From NCBI RefSeq assembly GCF_006345805.1, contig NW_021829707.1, forward strand, positions 1 to 5,999: a DNA stretch of 5,999 nucleotides. Reading direction: 5' to 3'. Shown here piece after piece: positions 1-5,999 of the stretch. The stretch comes from Octopus sinensis. Its lineage: Eukaryota. Below the pieces are notes generated by a model that was not told where the DNA came from, ran no database searches, and was given only the letters and a program-made list of their open reading frames with translations. Numbering within the stretch: the stretch's first letter is position 1; every line of letters begins with the position of its first letter. The translations under genes and the position numbers were made by a program.

Positions 1-54
1 CTGAAGCTGCAGATGATGATGACAATGATGGTGATGATAAAGGGAATGACAATT

Positions 55-1360
55 CAGGTAAATGAATCTTTGGCACTGATGTTCATGCATTTAGTTTTCT
101 TTGACTCGAGAAAGAGATCGAGTTTGGCCGCAGCATTCTTAGGGTGTGTCAAGCGAATTTTATGCATTATACAGTTGTTGAACAGTGAGGGCAGGATCAT
201 CAACCTGGTCGTTGTCAAATATATAAATATTCTGCTGACCCCCTGATTGCTTATGTTTTACGATGAAGTCTTTGCCAAGAGATATAGTCTACTATGATCA
301 CAAAAATATAAGGAATTTTGGCCCCTCCTTAGAAATTTTTTTTGCTGCTGTTGAAACATCCTAGTTGTAGTGCCTCTGCTTTGTTTAAAACGTGGTAGTT
401 TTTCGTGCATGATATTCATGAGTTTGACAACCTTATAGGGGTTGCCATAGGACAAGAGGATATATATGTAAGATGCTTTTTTTTATAAACACAACCAAAT
501 GCTTTGCAAAAATCCATAAATAAGATTGGTGCTTTTTGCTTGCACATTCTGAACTCATGTATAGATTTTTCAAATGCCAAGAATCTGGCTTTATAAATGT
601 CGTTTTGGTTCTGTCTTAGGATGAGATCCATGTGAATTTAAATTCTATTAAGAACCATAGAAAAATAGATTTTCAGACGAGATATGAAAGTGTGATACCT
701 CTGTAGTTCGGAATAAAAATTTCGAGTAGTTTGTTGGTTTGTTATATTTTTAAGTATGTATACATAAGTTTAAGAGATATTTAAAGGAGCATTAACTTTT
801 TCAGATAATAGCTGCGATGTTACTGGGCTCGGTGAGGGCATGTTTCTTAAACTTCATCAATATTCTAAACTTTTCTATGGTGAATGCATTGACCTCAGTT
901 GGCAGGTTATCTGCAACATTGTGGTTGAAGAAAATATCGTGGTCAAGTGTGGATCTGCGTAGATCTGCTTTACCAAATAGTCATATAAAGTTTTAAGACT
1001 AGACATCTAGATACTGATCACTGGTTTTCCCCACAACACAGCTCGTAAGAGATACTCTCAAATTTGTAAATTCCTTCAGACATATCAAAGCAGCAGCATG
1101 CTGGCGTTCATTGTAGAAGCATTTCGAATCCTTCAGTCTTTGATTTAATGAATGTATTCCTGCTTGTACTAAGTGCTACTTTAGCTAGGCCGAGGTTTAA
1201 TTCACTATCCCTAGATTGATATTTCTGCGCTGTTTTCTACAAATCATATCTGAACCTTGTTAGGATCATTTTCACCGCTATATCTCTGTGAATTGTGGTT
1301 ACCGTCATAAATAGCATACCAAGTTTTGTCTTCAAACTTATTTCTATGTCTCTGCGCATG
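55..1360 (-). mobile_element. Degenerate non-LTR retrotransposon (LINE, RTE-clade-like) ORF fragment: linker region plus most of the reverse-transcriptase domain, inactivated by stops and frameshifts
   Basis: Manual minus-strand translation gives RT motifs in the expected order: NYRGITL (708-688), KIYFSMVLNRI*IHMDLILRQNQN (LRQNQN 619-602; family pattern KIYNxMLLNRIxPHxDPILRxNQNGFR), FMDFCKAF (517-488 region; xDFxKAFDS), LSYGNPYKVVKL (from 455; YGIP), F*GGAKIPYIFVIIVDYI (334-281; LQGDxLAPYLFxIVxDY), VDDPAL (204-187; decayed ADDxAL), KNAAAKLDLFLESKKTKCMNIS (140-75; AAKxGLxxNxKKT) and FIYL (66-55; FxYLGS). Upstream, NAFTIEKF...IAAII*KS...LLNLC (~890-760) and RQHAAAL (~1110-1085) fit the pre-RT linker. 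In-frame stops occur at 331-329 and 640-638. Track ORFs 416..631 and 258..455 are pieces of it. The clade call is from remembered motif patterns, and both boundaries are approximate. Confidence 0.9.
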
Positions 1361-1472
1361 ATACATACATACATACATACATACATACATACATACATAC
1401 ATACATACATACATACATACATACATTCATACATACATAAACACATACACACACATACATACATACATACAC
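1361..1472. repeat. (TACA)n tetranucleotide microsatellite, degenerating to CA-rich at the 3' end
   Basis: Near-perfect ATAC units from 1361 to ~1426, with variants to 1472. It abuts the upstream edge of the LINE fragment. Confidence 0.97.
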
Positions 1473-1719
1473 TTCTTTCTGTTTGTTACTTCTTTGTGTT
1501 TGTATATGTACATTCGTTTGCTAAATACGTTTAGCTTAAGCCCTTTAACCGGCCGGTTTCGAGAGGACTGGGCGAAACTACGTGGACATACTGAACTCCG
1601 ACTGCAGAGGCAATGTCCTTTTTGCCGTTGTTGTGCTGTCGTCCTTTTCCCGCTTGTTATATTTTGACGGTTTCCCCTTGTTGTGTTTTTTACTTTTGAT
1701 TTATATGTTCATATATATA

Positions 1720-1780
1720 TATAAAATCCTTGGCGTATATGTTTATCCTCACTGACTTAATTTAGTCGCTTCTGTAAGAG
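1720..1780 (+). promoter_or_regulatory. Possible TATA box (1720-1726) plus initiator-like site (A at 1751) and a short non-coding first exon ending at donor AG|GTAACA (1780/1781)
   Basis: TATAAAA at 1720-1726; TCACT with the A at 1751, 31 nt after the first T of the TATA (canonical spacing); no ATG in 1751-1780; AG|GTAAC at 1779-1785. Caveat: the TATAAAA is the end of a short (AT)n run and could be chance. Confidence 0.2.
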
Positions 1781-2004
1781 GTAACAATTTCTCAGATTAC
1801 ATAACCTAACATCCGAGATGATTCTTAGTTCTAAGGATCTTCATGGTGACCTGCACCGCCATCTCTACCACCACCACCACCCGACTGGTCGAATACAATA
1901 TATTTTACGCAGGAAACGAACAACCGTGACTCTGCCGTCTATTTCAGAACTCATAAATTTGTCGTATTTTCATAGACCCAGTGAAATGTCATTTCGTTTT
2001 GCAG

Positions 2005-2080
2005 AATGGACGAATCAATATTTCTAGTGGCACCCTTTTTAAAACAAGAAGAGTATTCGTTGAACCGGATGAATGTTCTG
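2005..2080 (+). CDS. Candidate 76-nt spliceosomal exon; product unknown (MDESIFLVAPFLKQEEYSLNRMNVL from ATG 2006, or NGRINISSGTLFKTRRVFVEPDECS in the frame starting at 2005)
   Basis: Acceptor TTTCGTTTTGCAG ends at 2004 and a consensus donor CTG|GTAAGT lies at 2080/2081. Two of three frames are open across the exon, and the sequence is non-repetitive. Neither peptide is recognised. Confidence 0.4.
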
Positions 2081-2389
2081 GTAAGTAGAAATATATTCAC
2101 TATAAACTGTCAGGATGGAATGCTATAACAAAATATGGCTGAATAGAAAAGTAATATAACTGACGTTGTGGAATTAAAGTAATTTGGAATAATCTTTATT
2201 AGTTAGTTACATTTTTTAAAACAACGATGATATACTTGGTGACAACCAGTTGTCTCAGATATCCTATTAGGTGCACCGACGCTCACAAGAATATACACAA
2301 CATTGGACATATGCACACAATTACACGTACACCAAACACCAGCGCACCTGCACATATATTTAAACACAATGCCACAAACAAACGCTTCC

Positions 2390-2531
2390 CTCTCTCTCTC
2401 TCTCTATATATATATATGCACGCACACACTCACACACGTACACACACCAATACACACACATATCTATATATAATAATGTATGCATATGTGTATATATATA
2501 TATATATTATATATAGATATATATATATATA
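2390..2531. repeat. Compound microsatellite (CT)n-(AT)n-(CA)n-(TA)n
   Basis: CT run 2390-2405, AT run to ~2417, imperfect CA run to ~2459, imperfect TA run to 2531. Confidence 0.93.
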
Positions 2532-2624
2532 GCATTATTAAATCTCAGAATGGGATTTAACACCCCCTTACTAACACCCCCTCCCATATGGTTAGCCATG
2601 CTAAGATGGCTTCTATACTTTACA

Positions 2625-2943
2625 TTATATATATATATATATATATATACATATATATATACGCATATATATGCATATGTATATATATATGCGTATATAC
2701 ATATACGTACATATATTTATATGCATATATACATGTATATATACCTGTATATATACATATATATATATACACATATGCATATATATACATATATGCACAT
2801 ATATGTATTCATATCTATATACATAAACATATGTATATATGTGTGTATATATATATACATATATACATATACATATATATACATATATATATATGTATAT
2901 ATACATATATATATACACAAACGAACAAATACACACACACATA

Positions 2944-2974
<31 letters not shown>

Positions 2975-2998
2975 GTGTTTGTGTATGTATGTATGCAC
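2625..2998. repeat. Degenerate (TA)n/(TACA)n low-complexity tract ending in (CA)n and (TATG)n
   Basis: Almost entirely alternating purine-pyrimidine sequence, with a short (TATG)n at ~2950-2995. Source of the YI/YVCM-rich pseudo-ORFs. Confidence 0.95.
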
Positions 2999-3281
2999 AT
3001 TCATATCTATTCTCGGGTGCACGAAAAACTTTTGTATCGATCATTATGTATTTAGAAGCAGAAATTAAAAAATATATATAGCCTATATAAACGAGTTCCT
3101 TAAAAACTTAACTGAAAACTACAGAACGATGATAGTTATAATGTTTGTGATTGTGATGAGGGCTCACTGATTTGCCTCCAACTCGAAGCAACAATAAAAT
3201 ACAATATAATTAAATTTCATTTCAATACAATCCCAAAAAATAGAAATGCACACAATGGAATGCGAAATATTATTTCGACTT

Positions 3282-3323
3282 ACACACACACACACACATA
3301 CACACACACAAAAAAAAAAAAAA
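3282..3323. repeat. (CA)n followed by a poly-A run
   Basis: CA units 3282-3310, then an A run to 3323. Confidence 0.93.
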
Positions 3324-3396
3324 CAGTAATCGGTTTCAAAGCCGTGAAGGCGAATCTTGGAGTCCCAGTTAACATTAAAATGATTAATATATATCT

Positions 3397-3480
3397 GTTT
3401 GTGTGTGTGTGCGTACAGATGAGTGTATGTGTGTGTTTGTGTTTATGCGTGCATGTGAGTGTGTGTGAATGTGTGAGTGT
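3397..3480. repeat. Degenerate (TG)n microsatellite
   Basis: TG/GT units with scattered substitutions. Confidence 0.9.
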
Positions 3481-3497
3481 ATGTATGCATCTATCTT

Positions 3498-3573
<76 letters not shown>

Positions 3574-3590
3574 TAGATAGATTGATACAT
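3481..3590. repeat. Inverted repeat built on (CT)8-(AT)18-(AG)10; perfect 70-bp palindrome 3498-3567 with imperfect outer arms
   Basis: Bases i and 7065-i are complementary from 3498 to 3567. Outer left arm ATGTATGCATCTATCTTT (3481-3498) matches the reverse complement of AAATAGATAGATTGATACAT (3571-3590) with one 2-nt indel and two mismatches. Confidence 0.92.
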
Positions 3591-3789
3591 GCGTACAAAC
3601 AAAAATACATATATATAGAAAAATATTATCATTTTTATATACGTATATATATATAATTACAAACATAATATATGTCTATATATATAGGGGACAGGTTCTA
3701 CGCGTTCATACCTACGGACAAGTGCACATATACACTGCACCCCTTTTTTACATTTTGAATTGTATTTTCTGTTATAATTAAATATTTTT

Positions 3790-3969
3790 TATATGTATGC
3801 TTGTATCTATATATATATCTGTACAAACAAGTATATATATACATATATTTATATTTATATGTATTTATGTATGCATATATATATGTGTATATATATATGT
3901 ATGTATGTATATACATATGTATTTATATATGTATTCATTTATATATATATGTATGCATATGTATGTATA

Positions 3970-4013
<44 letters not shown>

Positions 4014-4050
4014 AATACATATACATATTTGTATATATGCATAAGTGTGT
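3790..4050. repeat. Degenerate (TA)n/(TATG)n low-complexity tract
   Basis: Alternating purine-pyrimidine sequence grading into the long TATG array. Confidence 0.93.
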
Positions 4051-4745
4051 ATATATGCGTATGTATGTATGTGTGTGTATGTATGTATGCATGTATGTAT
4101 GTATGCATGTATGTATGTATGCATGTATGTATGTATGTATGTATGTATGTATGCATGTATGTATGTATTCATGTATGTATGTATGTATGTATGTATGTAT
4201 GCATGCATGTATGTATGTATGTATGTATGCATGCATGTATGTATGTATGTATGTTTGTATGTATGTATGTATGTATGTATGTATGTATGTATGTATGTAT
4301 GTATGTGTGTATGCATGTATGTATGTATGTATGTATGTATGTATGTATGTATGTATATATATGCGTATGTATGTATGTGTGTGTATGTATGTATGCATGT
4401 ATGTATGTATGCATGTATGTATGTATGCATGTATGTATGTATGTATGTATGTATGTATGTATGTATGCATGTATGTATGTATTCATGTATGTATGTATGT
4501 ATGTATGTATGTATGTATGTATGTATGTATGTATGTATGTATGCATGTATGTATGTATGTATGTATGTATGCATGCATGTATGTACGTATGTATGTTGTA
4601 TGTATGTATGTATGTATGTATGTATGTATGTATGTATGTATGCATGTATGTATGTATGTATGTATGCATGTATGTATGTATGTATGTATGTATTTATGTA
4701 TGTATGTATGTGTGTATGTATGCATGCTTACATGTTTGTATGTGC
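4051..4745. repeat. Long (TATG)n tetranucleotide array (~700 bp) with CATG variant units and an internal higher-order duplication
   Basis: Continuous TATG units with diagnostic variants repeated at ~306-342 bp offset. It generates the 355, 347 and 236 aa YVCM and YIHT pseudo-ORFs. Confidence 0.98.
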
Positions 4746-5459
4746 ATTTTATTAAGTGTGAAACGAATGAAAATACTCCATTTCCCATTCCCATTTCCTG
4801 GCAAAAAAAAAAAACCATCAAAAATATTATTTCGATATATTTAGCTACACTTTATAAGAAATGAGTATTTTACAAAAAAATATGATATAGAAATAAAAGT
4901 AGATCTTATATTGTCGCACAATATAATGTCTTCTGAATATAACGAGGTGTGGTGGCGTTTGTCTATCACAAAATAAAATAAACAAAAATGAAAATATAAA
5001 AAAAAAAACTTAATCTTCTGCAGCCGTCTGGTTGATCAGTGAAGCAATCAACCGAGAACACCTCCATTCTGTCTGTGTTTTCTGAAAGGATCTAAACATC
5101 TACTAGATGTTATGCCAATCTTTCTACTTTCTTTTGTTTTTACTGACAATAGGCTTTGCTTGTGAAGTTTCTCTTGCTTTCACACAACAAAATGTCAACC
5201 TTGACTTCTGCTGAACTCTTTTAAAGCTATTCTGCCGGAAGAGGTCGTTTCAAATACACGAAGCGATCATATGAAAATATGATAATATGATAAAATGAAA
5301 ATGTTATCATGTTAAGATAATGGCTCTAATTTGTAATTGTTTTGTTGCATCTAACAAATATGAGAAGTAAATTCGACGGAGTACATTGCTACATATCCGT
5401 CTATCTATCTCATACGTTGTATATCTCTATCTGTTGGTCTGATTTTCTATTTATATATA

Positions 5460-5476
5460 TGTGTGTGTGTGTGTGT

Positions 5477-5509
<33 letters not shown>
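5460..5509. repeat. (TG)n dinucleotide microsatellite with one phase break
   Basis: TG run preceded by a short (TA)n; a GG interruption at ~5477-5478. Confidence 0.97.
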
Positions 5510-5512
<3 letters not shown>

Positions 5513-5596
5513 TATGTAAATTCGTAACTGTGTATATTTATCTAGCTTCCTAACGATATACTAATAAATCATAATTATTTTTGTTTTCTACATATA

Positions 5597-5808
5597 CTTT
5601 CTATTATTGGCACAAGGCCTTAAATTTCAGGGGAGGAGTGAATCGATTACATCGACCACAGAGGTCAATAGGTATTTATTTTATCGACCTCGAAAGGATG
5701 AGTTGCGAAGTCAGTCTCGGTGGAATTTGAACTCAGAAGATGTAGGCGGACGAAATGTTGGTAAGCATTTTCTCCGGCGGGCTAGAGACTCTGTCAGCAT
5801 ACTTCCTT
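5597..5808 (-). mobile_element. tRNA-derived SINE, near full length and decayed (resembles an abundant Octopus SINE family)
   Basis: The minus strand reads AAGG...GCTGACAGAGTCTCTAGCCCGCCGGAGAAAATGCTTA (decayed A-box head), GAGTTCAAATTCC (B-box-like, 5734-5722), central TCATCCTTTCGAGGTCGATAAAATAAATACC, and 3' end AAATTTAAGGCCTTGTGCCAATAATAGAAAG. This order matches an octopus SINE consensus as I remember it. No family name is asserted without a Dfam/Repbase search. Confidence 0.85.
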
Positions 5809-5861
5809 GTTTCTTTTATACATATATGGATGTACGTGTGTTTATAGGCATATATATATAC

Positions 5862-5999
5862 GGTGTGGCTGTGAGATAAGAAGCTGGCTTTGTAACTACA
5901 TAGTTCCTGCTTCAGTCCCACTGCATGGCACCTTGGGAAAGTGTCTTCTACTATAGCCTCGTGCTGACCAAGCCTTGTGATAGAATTGGTAGACGGAAA
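5862..5999 (+). mobile_element. Second tRNA-derived SINE family, 5' part, running off the window end
   Basis: TGGCTGTGAGATAAG (decayed A box, 5866-5880), GCTTCAGTCC (B box with GTTC>CTTC change, 5909-5918), then CACTGCATGGCACCTTGGGAAAGTGTCTTCTACTATAGCCTCG...GACCAAGCCTTGTG...GGTAGACGGAAA. This matches a second abundant octopus SINE as remembered. Confidence 0.85.

Noticed and set aside
1-246. ORF 13..246, and an acidic exon-like read (EAADDDDNDGDDKGNDNS) ending at CAG|GTAAAT (57/58)
   Set aside because: The Met/Asp richness comes from a degenerate (GAT)n tract. The apparent donor is the antisense of the LINE FIYL codons (66-55), and the rest is antisense LINE. The acidic frame would also splice out of frame into the 2005 exon. 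It cannot be fully excluded without the upstream sequence.
1237-1534. ORFs 1237..1464, 1244..1426, 1295..1534
   Set aside because: They start or run in the (TACA)n tract, and their unique parts are the LINE edge or its antisense.
1549-1755. ATG-less open frame containing RNYVDILNSDCRG, faintly like the RTE C-terminal TYVDxLxxD motif
   Set aside because: The similarity is only a few residues, with no supporting flanking motifs. The rest of the frame is pyrimidine-rich low-complexity sequence.
1752-1780. Possible 15-nt micro-exon (CTGAC branch site, TTTAG acceptor at 1765, donor at 1781)
   Set aside because: There is almost no polypyrimidine tract, one frame contains TAA, and such motifs are frequent by chance in AT-rich DNA.
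1818-2027. 69-aa ORF with a poly-His stretch
   Set aside because: The His run comes from a short (CCA)n at ~1866-1880. The ORF reads through the 2004 splice acceptor in the one frame that is closed in the exon, and has no recognisable homology.
2558-2611. 11-bp direct repeat TAACACCCCCT (2558, 2572) and 6-bp hairpin AGCCAT/ATGGCT
   Set aside because: Only two adjacent copies, consistent with local slippage. Not a target-site duplication around any element and not a CRISPR-like or telomeric array.
2227-3081. ORFs 2227..2532, 2550..3068, 2588..3055 and their antisense partners
   Set aside because: Mostly YI/HT translations of microsatellites. The short unique N-termini show no recognisable domain or splice framework.
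3793-4864. Long overlapping ORFs on both strands (355, 347, 236, 211, 201, 166 aa) with YVCM / YIHT repeats
   Set aside because: (TATG)n and (TA)n contain no stop codons in most frames, so these are automatic by-products of the repeat. They have no non-repetitive coding content.
5010-5030. TTAA followed by TCTTCTGCAGCC as a possible piggyBac-type terminus
   Set aside because: It lacks the CCC terminal motif, and no matching inverted terminus was found in the window.
5024-5243. Acceptors at 5023 and 5152 as the next coding exon after 2080
   Set aside because: In the ATG frame, splicing to 5024 stops after three codons and splicing to 5153 stops after 23. No strong donor follows either site.
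5607-5921. ORFs 5607..5879 (+) and 5733..5921 (-)
   Set aside because: They lie within the two SINE copies and their spacer, so they are incidental open frames.
1-5999. CRISPR array, prokaryotic defence operon, rRNA or true tRNA genes
   Set aside because: There is no repeat-spacer architecture, no gene-dense coding and no rRNA signature. The only tRNA-like motifs are decayed SINE heads without a complete cloverleaf.

Overview
Eukaryotic, AT-rich, mostly non-coding DNA. No prokaryotic operon, CRISPR array or intact protein-coding gene is visible. The two SINE families and the dense (TA)n/(CA)n/(TATG)n load resemble coleoid cephalopod (probably Octopus) DNA. That assignment comes from pattern recognition, not a database search. 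Left to right: (1) a decayed RTE-clade LINE fragment on the minus strand (~55-1360) whose reverse-transcriptase motifs can still be read across stops and frameshifts; (2) a (TACA)n microsatellite; (3) a CpG-richer unique stretch (~1520-2090) with a well-bounded candidate 76-nt exon (2005-2080) and a possible TATA/Inr plus short first exon upstream; (4) about 2.4 kb dominated by simple repeats, including a ~110-bp fold-back palindrome (3481-3590) and a ~700-bp (TATG)n array with an internal ~310-bp higher-order duplication; (5) an unexplained hairpin-rich segment (~5010-5260); (6) two different tRNA-derived SINEs lying head-to-head at the right end. Most ORFs in the supplied track are microsatellite, LINE or SINE artefacts. 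I found no convincing novel biological system. The best leads are the candidate gene start and the repeat-derived secondary structures.
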